NCBI GenBank assembly: GCA_963744755.1
Contig: CAVUUS010000003.1
Location: forward strand, 537,678-601,677
Origin: an uncultured Solirubrobacterales bacterium
GTDB taxonomy: Bacteria; Actinomycetota; Thermoleophilia; Solirubrobacterales; Solirubrobacteraceae
Direction of reading: 5' to 3'
DNA: 64,000 bases
Shown one piece after another: positions 1-8,541 of the stretch. The translations under genes and the position numbers were made by a program. Below the pieces are notes generated by a model. It ran no database searches and was not told where the DNA came from. It was given only the letters and a program-made list of their open reading frames with translations. How positions within the stretch are numbered: the stretch's first letter is position 1; every line of letters begins with the position of its first letter.

Positions 1-124
1 CGCTCACCAGCCGCGCGGGCACGGGGAAGCCGTGACGCTGCTCCCACATCCGCAGGGTGCCTTCGACCACGCCGGTCCGCTGCACGACTTCGCCGATGCT
101 GTATTCAGATGGCCGCTCTTGCAT
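1..124 (-). CDS. MerR-family transcriptional regulator, N-terminal HTH part only (gene continues beyond window start)
   Basis: Reverse-strand ATG at 124. The translation MQERPSEYSIGEVVQRTGVVEGTLRMWEQRHGFPVPARLVS shows the MerR-type HTH pattern (SIGEV..TG....TLR.WE.R.GFP.P.R). Divergent from the SDR gene at 243. Not in the ORF track because it is truncated. Confidence 0.6.
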   Translation of the reverse strand, partial: MQERPSEYSIGEVVQRTGVVEGTLRMWEQRHGFPVPARLVS

Positions 125-242
125 CACAGGCTGTGAAGGTTTTTCTGGACAAAGGCGCGGGTAGAGCGAGGGAAGATAATCGATACCGTCGTCGCCCGCG
201 ACGACGGCTCAGCCACCGGCGTTCAACGTACCCCAAACCAAG

Positions 243-1244
243 ATGCGCACGACACGAATGATCGATACCGCCCTTGACCGCAGCATCGCGCTGGGCTACG
301 GCAACTTGGGCCTGCTGATCCGTCGCGCGCTCCCCGGCTGGCCGGCCGACCCGCCGCGCATGGACGGCCAGGTGGTGATGGTAACCGGCGCGGCCTCCGG
401 TCTCGGACTCGCCGCGAGCCAGGGGTTCGCCGCCCTGGGCGCGACGGTGCATGCGGTCGCTCGCAGCCGGCAGCGCGCCGAGCAGGCCGTCAAGGAGATC
501 AGAGCAGCGGTCCCGGGCGCCGACGCGCGTCCGGTCGTCTGCGACGTGAGCAGCCCGCGCGCGTTGGCAGCGATGACCGAGGCCTTCGCGGGCGAGGAGC
601 AGCGCCTCGATGTGCTCGTCAACAACGCCGGCGTGATGCCTGATCATCGCGAGCGCTCGATCGACGGGCACGAGCTGATGTTCGCCACCCACGTTCTCGC
701 CCCCTTCGCCCTCACCCAGCTGCTCGGTGACGTCCTGCGACGCAGCGTGCCCTCACGGGTGATCAATGTCAGCTCGGGCGGCATGTACAGCCAGAGCCTG
801 CCCAGCGAGGATCTCGAGTCCGAGACGACCAGCTACAGCCCGACCAAGCTCTACGCCCGGACCAAGCGCGAACAGGTGGTGATCACCGAGCTCTGCGCCG
901 AGCGCCTGCGGGGCAGCGGCGTGGTCGTACACGCGATGCACCCCGGGTGGGCCGACACCCAGGGTGTGCGCGTCTCGCTGCCGCGCTTCAGCGTCATCAC
1001 CAAGCCGATCATCCGCACCTCCGAGCAGGGCGCGGACACGATCGTCTGGCTCGGGGCGGCGGCGGAACCGCTCCAGACCACGGGTGAGTTCTGGCACGAT
1101 CGCCGCCCGCGGCCCACTCACTATTGGCTGCGCGCCTCCCAGGAGCGGCCACAGGACCGCGAAGCTCTGTGGGACCATTGCCAGTCGCTGCTCGACCGTG
1201 ACCTGGACGCGAGCGATCCCACGGCGACGCCCTCGGACGTCTAG
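243..1244 (+). CDS. short-chain dehydrogenase/reductase (SDR) family oxidoreductase
   Basis: Rossmann motif VMVTGAASGLG, NNAG motif (VLVNNAGV), and a typical SDR length once the N-terminal extension is allowed for. Confidence 0.85.
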   Translation: MRTTRMIDTALDRSIALGYGNLGLLIRRALPGWPADPPRMDGQVVMVTGAASGLGLAASQGFAALGATVHAVARSRQRAEQAVKEIRAAVPGADARPVVCDVSSPRALAAMTEAFAGEEQRLDVLVNNAGVMPDHRERSIDGHELMFATHVLAPFALTQLLGDVLRRSVPSRVINVSSGGMYSQSLPSEDLESETTSYSPTKLYARTKREQVVITELCAERLRGSGVVVHAMHPGWADTQGVRVSLPRFSVITKPIIRTSEQGADTIVWLGAAAEPLQTTGEFWHDRRPRPTHYWLRASQERPQDREALWDHCQSLLDRDLDASDPTATPSDV

Positions 1245-1322
1245 CTGGTCTCCCGTGAACGTTTGTGCTTCGGGCGCAACGCTTCGGGTCCGACCCTGGA
1301 TGATTGCGGTGCGACTTGCGAG

Positions 1323-1841
1323 CTAGGACGCGGCCAGCGCGGCCAGCTCCGCGGCCCGCTCGGCGATCCGCTCCTCGTCGGTGACCAGTCGCCACAGGCT
1401 GGTCCGGCGGGTCCCCGAGCGACGGACCTGACCGGTGCCCTCCAGCTGGCGGAGCAGGCCGAGCACCTGGTTGTAACCGGCGTTCGAGCGCTTGGAGATC
1501 GTGACCGCGCTGAGCCCACTCCCGGATTCCCGCAGCATCATCTCGAGCTTCCCGGCAAGCAGCACCTCGACCTCACCGTTGCCGTTGCTGGCGGCCTTGC
1601 GGCTGCGCCGTCTGCGCGTCGGGCCGGCTCGACGCGTACCCGGTGAGTCGGCTCGACGCGTACCCGGTGAGTCGGCTCGACGCGTACCCGGTGAGTCGGC
1701 TCGACGCGTGCCCGGTGAGGCGGCGACCCCGGTGCCTCCATCCTGTAGCGCGGCGCGTGCCGATTCCAGCGCGGCGATTTCGAGCCGCAGTTCGCCGATG
1801 CGCGCTTGGATCGAGTCGTGTATTTGATCAAGTGTGGGCAT
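1323..1841 (-). CDS. hypothetical DNA-binding-like protein (N-terminal coiled coil, basic 4x SPGTRRAD repeat, winged-helix-like C-terminus)
   Basis: Only long ORF in this interval. Internal ATG at 1841 (MPTLDQIHD...). The C-terminal segment LSAVTISKRSNAGYNQVLGLLRQLEGTGQVRR resembles a wHTH. Function not recognised. Confidence 0.5.
   Translation of the reverse strand: MPTLDQIHDSIQARIGELRLEIAALESARAALQDGGTGVAASPGTRRADSPGTRRADSPGTRRADSPGTRRAGPTRRRRSRKAASNGNGEVEVLLAGKLEMMLRESGSGLSAVTISKRSNAGYNQVLGLLRQLEGTGQVRRSGTRRTSLWRLVTDEERIAERAAELAALAAS
1626..1721. repeat. tandem repeat, 4 x 24 bp (ggctcgacgcgtacccggtgagtc), last copy has 2 mismatches
   Basis: Read directly. It is in frame in the minus-strand CDS and gives SPGTRRAD x4. 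Confidence 0.95.
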
Positions 1842-1874
1842 ACACACGATCCTACGCAACCGGTTCGGAGTTCG

Positions 1875-3008
1875 CTACGGAGCTGGCGCCCCAAACCGCC
1901 GTATCAATCCGCGATAGGCGGCGAACGCCGGCTTGCGCCGGTACCCGTCGCTGAGCAGGCCCGTGGTCTCGGCGAACGCCTGGGTGCTGGAAAGGTTGTC
2001 CCGGAGGTTGAACCAGCGGTAGTCGGTGACATCGAACGTTCTGGCGGCGCTGCGGATCGTGGTCACGAGCTGCCGGAGCGCGGAGCGCTGCCGGTTGGCA
2101 GTGATCACGCCGGGGGAGGTGTCGTACCCGTTCTCGGTGACCCAGATCGGTACGTGCGCTCCGAGTCCGCCCAGGGGCATGAAGCACCGGCGCACGGTCC
2201 CCAGCATCTGCAGGGTGGCCGCCGGGATGGCCGTGCGCCGTCCCGGATACAGCTCGGGATAGAAATCCACTCCGACGAACCCGAGCGCCCGCCGGAATCG
2301 CGCACCGCCGCTGCGTAGACCGGTGAACATGGCGGCGTCCGATACGGGGCTGAACCGGTAGGCAAAGGTGAACCCGAACCGCAGCCACCGGAACCCGCGG
2401 CGCTGCGCCTCCTGGTGAGCGGCGATGATTCCCTTGACCAGCGCCTGCTCGGCGCGCGGGAAGGTCCCATCCGACGTGTTGGGCGAGACTGCCAAGTTGA
2501 TCTCGTTGGTGATCGTCATCGCCACCAGATGCCGATTGGGGCCGAATACGTCGACCACGTTCCGCACGTAGCGCGTCCATGCCGCGATGTCTCCGCGCTG
2601 ATGCGCCGAGGGGTGATAGCGGACCTGCAGCTCCGTGTCGAAGCCCCGCCCGGTGTAGCCGTCGATGATCCGCTTGAAGTGACGGATGCCCGCGGCCCCG
2701 TCTGACTCGAACAGTCGATTGACCCGGAGCACGAGCTCCTTACCCGCTGGGCGCAGCGCGCGCAATGCACCGAGGGCCTTGGTGCGGTCGATCGGCTTGG
2801 CCCGGTTCTGGCGCGCGCCGATGCTGCCGGCCAAGCCGGGGTCGACACCGAACCGCAGCGTGCGCGCCGGCTTCACCGGCCCCTGCGCGTAGTTGGCCAG
2901 GCATGTCGGATCGGAGGCCGCCGGACTTGTGGCGTGTCCGGCTGGAGTCGCGGTGAATGCGACCACCAGGCCAGCCAGCAGCAATGATCCAACGGCGCGC
3001 CGAGCCAT
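1875..3008 (-). CDS. secreted glycoside hydrolase, clan GH-A (TIM barrel) type, family uncertain
   Basis: Signal peptide MARRAVGSLLLAGLVVAFTATPAGHA. NE acid/base-like motif (MTITNEINL) and nucleophile-like motif (IWVTENGYD), as in retaining clan GH-A enzymes. Start could instead be 3026. Confidence 0.7.
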   Translation of the reverse strand: MARRAVGSLLLAGLVVAFTATPAGHATSPAASDPTCLANYAQGPVKPARTLRFGVDPGLAGSIGARQNRAKPIDRTKALGALRALRPAGKELVLRVNRLFESDGAAGIRHFKRIIDGYTGRGFDTELQVRYHPSAHQRGDIAAWTRYVRNVVDVFGPNRHLVAMTITNEINLAVSPNTSDGTFPRAEQALVKGIIAAHQEAQRRGFRWLRFGFTFAYRFSPVSDAAMFTGLRSGGARFRRALGFVGVDFYPELYPGRRTAIPAATLQMLGTVRRCFMPLGGLGAHVPIWVTENGYDTSPGVITANRQRSALRQLVTTIRSAARTFDVTDYRWFNLRDNLSSTQAFAETTGLLSDGYRRKPAFAAYRGLIRRFGAPAP

Positions 3009-3111
3009 CGGGCAAAGGTAGTCCAAGCGCGTGGTAGTGTGCGCTCGGCCGGGGGGTCGTTATCGAGGTACAGGTCGAATGCGCGGTTCTCGCGTGGGAA
3101 AGGAGCGTCGC

Positions 3112-4593
3112 ATGACGCGCTGGTCTGAGGCCGGGGAGATGGGCTGGTCTGAGGCCGGGGAGATGCGCTCGTCTGAGGCCGCGCAGATGCGGCGGCTGGT
3201 TCGGATCCGCCGGCTGGCGGCGCTGTTGGTGACGGCCGTCTCCGTGACTCTGTTGGCCGTCTGCGCGCCGGCGTCGGCGCGCCCCCCGCGGATCGGGCAC
3301 GTGTTCACGATCGTGCTCGAGAACGAGGACGCCAGCACCACGTTCGGGCCTAATCCGCCTGCGCCATATCTGGCCAACACCCTGCGCTCGCAGGGTGCAT
3401 ATCTGCCCAACTACTACGGGATCGGGCATAACAGCCTTGACAACTACCTGGCCATGATCTCCGGCCAGGCGCCGAACACGACGACTCAGGCCGACTGCCC
3501 CGTGTTCAGCAACCTCACTCCCGGAAGCCTGGGGGCCAATGGGCAGGCCGGCGGCACCGGGTGCGTCTACCCGTCGGCGGTCCCCACGGTCGTCGATCAG
3601 CTTGCCGCCGCCGGCCACAGCTGGCGCTCGTACAACCAGTCGATGGGCTCGGATCCGGCACGAGAGTCGGCCACCTGCGGGCATCCTGCGATTGGGGCCC
3701 CGGACAACACCGAAGCCGCCACCCCGATCGACCAGTACGCCACACGCCACGACCCGTTTGTGTACTTCCACTCGATCATCGACAACGCCGGCCTCTGCGC
3801 CAGCCACGTGGTGAACCTGAACAGCCTCACCCACGATCTCGCTTCGGTCAAGACGACGCCCAGCTACGCGTTCATCACCCCCGATCTCTGCGCCGACGGA
3901 CACGACGCCGCCTGCGCCAACCCCGCTCGGCCCGGTGGGTTCGCGGGGATCGATGAATTCCTCGCCACCTGGATGCCGAAGATCCTGGGCTCGGCTGCCT
4001 ACAAGCAGGACGGGCTGGTGATGATCCTCTTCGACGAGGGACACAACGACGCGACGGCCTGCTGTGGAGAGATCCCCGGCCCGGGCAGCGCGATGCCCGG
4101 GATCACCGGGCCGGGCGGCGGCGACACCGGCGCCGTGCTCTTGTCTCCGTTCATAGCGCCCGGCACTGTCACCTCGGTCCCCTACAACCACTACGGCATG
4201 CTGCGCAGCGTCGAGGACATCTTCGGACTCAGCCATCTCGGTTATGCGGCGCTTTCCGGGGCGGCATCGTTCGGATCCGACGTCTTCACTCGCCCGTGCC
4301 TCGCGGCTAAGCGGCCGCACGCCAACCACGGAAAGCTGCCCCGCAACTCGGTCATCCGCGCGATCAGGCTGAGCCGCAGTCACGGTCGCGAACGGCTGTC
4401 CTTCACCGGTGTGTATCCGGGCAAGCTCAAGCTGACGCTGACGCCGCGCGCCAAGCACACGCACGCGCAAACGGTACGGCGGAGCATCGCCGCCTGCCAT
4501 TCCTACGCGATCGTCCTTCCACGCGGGCATTGGAGGTTGGCGATCGCGGCGGCGGTCGGCCGAGCCGCACAGCACGCATCAGCTCACTATTGA
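3112..4593 (+). CDS. phosphoesterase family protein (phospholipase C / acid phosphatase AcpA-like), secreted
   Basis: HVFTIVLENEDASTTFG and NYLAMISGQ motifs typical of the phosphoesterase family. ATG at 3112 is preceded by ggaaaggag. A signal-like segment follows the repeat region. Confidence 0.8.
   Translation: MTRWSEAGEMGWSEAGEMRSSEAAQMRRLVRIRRLAALLVTAVSVTLLAVCAPASARPPRIGHVFTIVLENEDASTTFGPNPPAPYLANTLRSQGAYLPNYYGIGHNSLDNYLAMISGQAPNTTTQADCPVFSNLTPGSLGANGQAGGTGCVYPSAVPTVVDQLAAAGHSWRSYNQSMGSDPARESATCGHPAIGAPDNTEAATPIDQYATRHDPFVYFHSIIDNAGLCASHVVNLNSLTHDLASVKTTPSYAFITPDLCADGHDAACANPARPGGFAGIDEFLATWMPKILGSAAYKQDGLVMILFDEGHNDATACCGEIPGPGSAMPGITGPGGGDTGAVLLSPFIAPGTVTSVPYNHYGMLRSVEDIFGLSHLGYAALSGAASFGSDVFTRPCLAAKRPHANHGKLPRNSVIRAIRLSRSHGRERLSFTGVYPGKLKLTLTPRAKHTHAQTVRRSIAACHSYAIVLPRGHWRLAIAAAVGRAAQHASAHY
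3121..3192. repeat. tandem repeat, 3 x 24 bp (tggtctgaggccggggagatgggc), third copy diverged
   Basis: Read directly. It encodes WSEAGEMG/WSEAGEMR/SSEAAQMR immediately after the start codon and before the signal peptide. Confidence 0.9.
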
Positions 4594-4612
4594 TCCGCCG
4601 AGGGCTCGAGGC

Positions 4613-5383
4613 TCAGCGACAGGTTGGATCGGGATCCCACCGAGCCGTTGACTGGGCCAGCGACAGTGGGCCGCCCGCCGGGATCAGCTGGATGTGATTG
4701 ACCTCGCTGTTGTTCGGATCGCCCGACGGATCGAATGGCCGGTACAGCCCGTAGGCCGCCAGCTCGGCTTCGCTGATCTGAGCCGCGCTGGAACGCAGCA
4801 GGCTGTTGACACCGATGTCCTCAGCCTGACCGAGGGTATGAGGGTCATTGGCAAACCCACCGACGGCGACGCTGTGGGCGGGAGTCCGGTATCCGCTGAT
4901 CCCGTAGATCGTCACGCCCAGCGCTCTGGCCAGTGCGCCCAGCTGCGCGGTGAGCTGAGGAAGCTGTCCCTGGACCTGACTGGTGCCGGGATCGGCGACG
5001 AAACCGGGGCCGGCCGCCGCCACGACCGGTTGTGCGTCGGCTCGGTTGGTGACGCCGCCGCACAGGTTCAGCCGGTTCAACTCGCGCTTCACCTCCGCCA
5101 GGGACGGCGCGTGGGCGTTGACGTCGCCGACCACCGGGGCGCCCGCGCCCGCGCCCGCAGCGGCGGCCCCCTGGACACCGGGCGCGGCCGCACCCTGGAC
5201 GCCGGCTGTGGGCTCAACCACCTGGGGGTGCGCGCGCGGCGCCGCGCCGCTCGTCGTCCCGGGCGCGCTCGATGCGTGCGTCTGACCCTGCGAGCCACAG
5301 CCGCCGATCGCGAGCCCGATCATCAACAGCGCGATTCGTGACCATGGGCACTTCGCCCCGTCGATCGCTCGGCTCCGCGCCAT
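4613..5383 (-). CDS. lipoprotein with C-terminal peptidase M15 (zinc D-Ala-D-Ala carboxypeptidase-like) domain
   Basis: Lipobox LAIGGC. C-terminal ISGYRTPAHS ... GQAEDI ... VNHIQL resembles the SxHxxGxAxD / H metal ligands of M15 cell-wall hydrolases. Confidence 0.7.
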   Translation of the reverse strand: MARSRAIDGAKCPWSRIALLMIGLAIGGCGSQGQTHASSAPGTTSGAAPRAHPQVVEPTAGVQGAAAPGVQGAAAAGAGAGAPVVGDVNAHAPSLAEVKRELNRLNLCGGVTNRADAQPVVAAAGPGFVADPGTSQVQGQLPQLTAQLGALARALGVTIYGISGYRTPAHSVAVGGFANDPHTLGQAEDIGVNSLLRSSAAQISEAELAAYGLYRPFDPSGDPNNSEVNHIQLIPAGGPLSLAQSTARWDPDPTCR

Positions 5384-5522
5384 CGCGTCACGTTATCGGC
5401 CGGAACCGGTCGACGCGCCGCGCAGACTCACCGCCCGCCGCTGTCAACTCACGAACATCTCTACGCAGCCGGACCAGATCCGGATGCATGCCCGGCCGGC
5501 GGTCGTTTTCAGCGCAGGCGAG

Positions 5523-5762
5523 TCAGCTGCTCGTGTTGGCCGGCGCGGGCTCGTTCGATGATGCGGCGCTGGCGGCGTCGTCCAGACGCTGCACCCCGGT
5601 CTTGTCCGGCGTCTGCCCTGCCCCCTCGACGCGGTCGGACCACCCGTGGACGTTGTCGTACCACCGGCGCGCCGCCTGTCCATAGGGATCCGAGTACCAG
5701 CCCCCGGAGCTCTCGTCGCTTTCCTGCTTTACCGCCTTGTCCTTCCGGGACATAAAGGCCAT
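5523..5762 (-). CDS. small DUF2510-like protein
   Basis: GGWYSDPYGQAARRWYDNVHGWSD matches the GWYxDP...RYWDG..W signature of DUF2510. Confidence 0.55.
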   Translation of the reverse strand: MAFMSRKDKAVKQESDESSGGWYSDPYGQAARRWYDNVHGWSDRVEGAGQTPDKTGVQRLDDAASAASSNEPAPANTSS

Positions 5763-5887
5763 ATCTCTCTCTTCCCACCGGGCTTCGATTCCCGGGTACG
5801 CGGGCCCTCAGCCCAGAATGGACAAAGCCGGCCCCGGCAGCGACTCTACTCCGTTCGGTGGTATTGCCTGGCCGCGGACCCGGCCGT

Positions 5888-6325
5888 TTATCCGCGGCGG
5901 GCGAGCAGCCGGTCCGTGGCCGCGTCCGCCTCCCCGCCGAAGTATTGGTCTAGGACCTGCTGGAACACCGCCTGCTCCGGCGCGGCGCGGACGAACAGTG
6001 TCATCGAGGAGCGGAGCTTCATGGCGTCGGTGCCGCCGAAGATCTCCTGCGCGCTCGGGCCGGTCAGCTCCGTGAGGATCCGTGCGGACTCGATCAGCCG
6101 AGGTCCCAGGACGGGATCGGCCAGGTAGGCCGAAGCCTCGGCCAGCGAGGCGATCGCGTAGGTCCTGGACACAGGACTCTGACCCAAGCCGGCGATCTGG
6201 GGGAATATGAACCACATCCAGTGGCTGCGCTTGCGCCCGGCCCGGAGCTCGGCCAGGGCGGCCTCGTAGGTCTCGTCCTCGTCCTGGGCGAGCCGGAAAC
6301 GGTTCAGGCGGTGGGGATCACTCAT
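5888..6325 (-). CDS. DUF1810 family protein
   Basis: RF..AQ....Y..AL.EL..G.K.SHWMWFIFPQ..GLG.S pattern is characteristic of DUF1810. Confidence 0.8.
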   Translation of the reverse strand: MSDPHRLNRFRLAQDEDETYEAALAELRAGRKRSHWMWFIFPQIAGLGQSPVSRTYAIASLAEASAYLADPVLGPRLIESARILTELTGPSAQEIFGGTDAMKLRSSMTLFVRAAPEQAVFQQVLDQYFGGEADAATDRLLARRG

Positions 6326-6372
6326 CGCACGCAGCGCGCCGAGCCGCAGCCGGCTCGGCGCGGACCGACGCG

Positions 6373-7134
6373 CTACGGCTGGGGCTCGTGGCGGACCGTC
6401 GCCTCGGAATCGGTGCGCGGCGCGGAGCGCTCGACCTCGCCGTCAGAGGTCGCAACGGGCTCGCCCCGGGTCGCCACCGGCTCGGGCTCGCCCCGGGTCG
6501 CTACCGGCTCGGGCTCGCCCCGGGTCGCCACCGGCTCGGGCTCGCCCCGGGTCGCAACCGGCTCGGGCTCGCCCCGGGCGGGCACGGGTTCGGCGTCCCG
6601 CTCGATCCGGCGATTGGTGACGTGCTCGGACACCGGTGGGGCGACGCCGCGGCCGGTGCGAACCTGCGGCTCCGCATAACCGTCGGTCTCGACAGTCCGG
6701 CGACGACGTGGGATCACCGTGTTGAACAGGAGGATCGCCGCGACGGCGCCCCATCCGAGCTCCGTCCAGTGGTTGGCGGCAGCCAGCCCAAGGACGTTGC
6801 CGCTGGCCAGCGCGATGATCGCGGCGGCGCCCAGAGCGACCCCGACGATCAGGCTCATCGTCTTGGCCAACAGATGCTGCGCGGCTCCGAAGAGGAGCAG
6901 TCCCCCGGCCACGGCCGTCAGCATCCCGGTCCAGCCGTTGGCGCCGAAGATCCCCAGAAAGACCTTGCCCTGCACCGGCGCTCGGCCGTTGGGGAAATTT
7001 GACAGCTTCGGGAAGAAGTGCTGCTTGTAGAGAAAGTACAGGCCTGCCGCCAGCAGGATCGTGCCCAGGATCAGCGCGGGACCGCGCGCCAGGCTAATGC
7101 CCTTCTCGGTCCGGACCTCGTTCGTCTCAGCCAT
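6373..7134 (-). CDS. hypothetical 4-TM membrane protein with repetitive C-terminal tail
   Basis: Four hydrophobic helices in residues ~20-150. The tail carries GEPEPVATR x4-5. High GC3 in this frame. Confidence 0.65.
   Translation of the reverse strand: MAETNEVRTEKGISLARGPALILGTILLAAGLYFLYKQHFFPKLSNFPNGRAPVQGKVFLGIFGANGWTGMLTAVAGGLLLFGAAQHLLAKTMSLIVGVALGAAAIIALASGNVLGLAAANHWTELGWGAVAAILLFNTVIPRRRRTVETDGYAEPQVRTGRGVAPPVSEHVTNRRIERDAEPVPARGEPEPVATRGEPEPVATRGEPEPVATRGEPEPVATRGEPVATSDGEVERSAPRTDSEATVRHEPQP
6457..6591. repeat. tandem repeat, ~5 x 27 bp (gggctcgccccgggtcgccaccggctc)
   Basis: Read directly. In frame in the membrane-protein tail. Confidence 0.95.
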
Positions 7135-7281
7135 GAGTCGGTCTCCTCTCCTCCACCCGCATCGTCTGCCTCGCAGCAGCTAACGTGTGCACTACCCCCG
7201 AGTCCGCGGTTGCACACGCGCGCCGGGAGCTGACGCCATGCCTTCCCGAAGACACGATCAAACGGCCTTGATCTGCCTCCG

Positions 7282-8523
7282 GTGCCCGTGACCGGAACCG
7301 ACCCAGTCCTCACCGGACTCGGCGCGCTCACACCACTCGGTCTCGATACGGCAAGCACGTGGCGGGGGCTGGTGGAGGGCCGTTCGGGGATCGGGCCTGT
7401 GACCCTCTTCGACGCATCGGGTCTTGCCACGCGTTTCGCTGCCGAGGTCCATGGCTTTGACCCGCTCGCGCTGCTCGGCGCCAAGCGTGAGCGCCGGACG
7501 GCGCGGTTCTCTCAACTCGCGATCGCTGCGGCGCGTGAGGCGGTCGCCGACGCCGGCATCGACCTCTCAAACCGTCCTGAGCGTGTCGGGGTCGTTCTGA
7601 ACAGCGCGATCGGCGGCGTTCCCGAGTCTCAGCAGGCCACGGAGACGTTGACCACCGCTGGACCCCGCGCCATCAGCCCCCTCTATGTCCCCTCGACGAT
7701 CCCCAACATGGCGGCCTGCGAGGTGGCGATCGACCTCGATGTGCATGGGCCGGTGACCGCCGGCGCGCTGGCCTGCGCCAGCGGGACCTACGCCCTACTC
7801 GACGCGCGGCGGCTGATCCTGGCCGGCGAGGCCGACGTGGTCATCGCCGGCGGCGCCGACGCCGGGATCTGCGAGGTGATGTTGGGGGGACTCTCGGTCA
7901 TGGGGGCGCTGTCGGAGCACAACGACGACCCCGCTCGCGCCAGCCGGCCATTCGACGCCGAGCGCGACGGCTTCGTGTTCGGGGAGGGGGCCGCCGTGCT
8001 GGTGGTCGAGTCGGCCGCGCACGCGCGTGAGCGGGGGGCTCACGTCTATGCCACGCTCGCCGGCGGGGCGCTGACCAGCGACGCCTTCCACGTGAGCGCG
8101 CCGGAGCCGGACGGGAGGTACGCCGCTCGCACGATCGAATTGGCGCTCGAGCGGACTCAGACGCGACCGGCCGATCTGGACTACGTCTGCGCTCACGGCA
8201 CCAGCACCCGGGCCAACGATCTGACCGAGACCCGCGCGCTACACCAGGCGCTCGGCAGCGACGCACCCCGCATCCCCGCGAGCTCGCCGAAGTCGATGGT
8301 CGGCCACCTGCTCGGCGCCGCCGGGAGCCTGTCGGCGATCATCTGCCTGCTGGCCATGCGCGACGGGGTGATCCCCCCGACGACCAACCTGGAGCACCCC
8401 GACCCCGAGTGCGACCTCGACTACGTGCCGCTGGAGCCGCGGGAGGGTCGAGTGCGCACGGCGATCGCCAACGCGTTCGGGTTCGGTGGCCAGAACTGCG
8501 TGATCGTGCTCCGCGCCCCGTGA
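7282..8523 (+). CDS. fabF: beta-ketoacyl-[ACP] synthase II
   Basis: Cys-His-His triad contexts ACASGTYAL, HGTSTRANDLTE and GHLLGAAG. C-terminal NAFGFGGQN. Confidence 0.9.
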   Translation: MPVTGTDPVLTGLGALTPLGLDTASTWRGLVEGRSGIGPVTLFDASGLATRFAAEVHGFDPLALLGAKRERRTARFSQLAIAAAREAVADAGIDLSNRPERVGVVLNSAIGGVPESQQATETLTTAGPRAISPLYVPSTIPNMAACEVAIDLDVHGPVTAGALACASGTYALLDARRLILAGEADVVIAGGADAGICEVMLGGLSVMGALSEHNDDPARASRPFDAERDGFVFGEGAAVLVVESAAHARERGAHVYATLAGGALTSDAFHVSAPEPDGRYAARTIELALERTQTRPADLDYVCAHGTSTRANDLTETRALHQALGSDAPRIPASSPKSMVGHLLGAAGSLSAIICLLAMRDGVIPPTTNLEHPDPECDLDYVPLEPREGRVRTAIANAFGFGGQNCVIVLRAP

Positions 8524-8524
8524 G

Positions 8525-8541
8525 CCGGGGCGGAGCCCCGG
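8525..8541. terminator. short GC hairpin between convergent fabF and acyltransferase genes
   Basis: ccggggc-gga-gccccgg (7-bp stem, 3-nt loop) fills the 18-nt gap between the two stop codons. No U-tract. Confidence 0.3.

Noticed and set aside
2740-4575. 611-aa minus-strand ORF, and similar very long ORFs (46872-48062 minus, 47278-48339 minus, 56643-58400 minus, 58989-60815 minus, 60928-62337 plus, 52951-54405 minus)
   Set aside because: These are Arg/Pro/Gly/His-rich translations with no motifs. Each lies antisense to, or out of frame with, a gene that has clear family signatures. They are typical shadow ORFs of high-GC DNA.
5384-5522. cyclic-di-AMP (ydaO-type) riboswitch upstream of the M15 cell-wall hydrolase gene
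   Set aside because: I could not find the conserved ydaO core elements in either orientation, and the leader is only ~140 nt. An Infernal scan would settle this.
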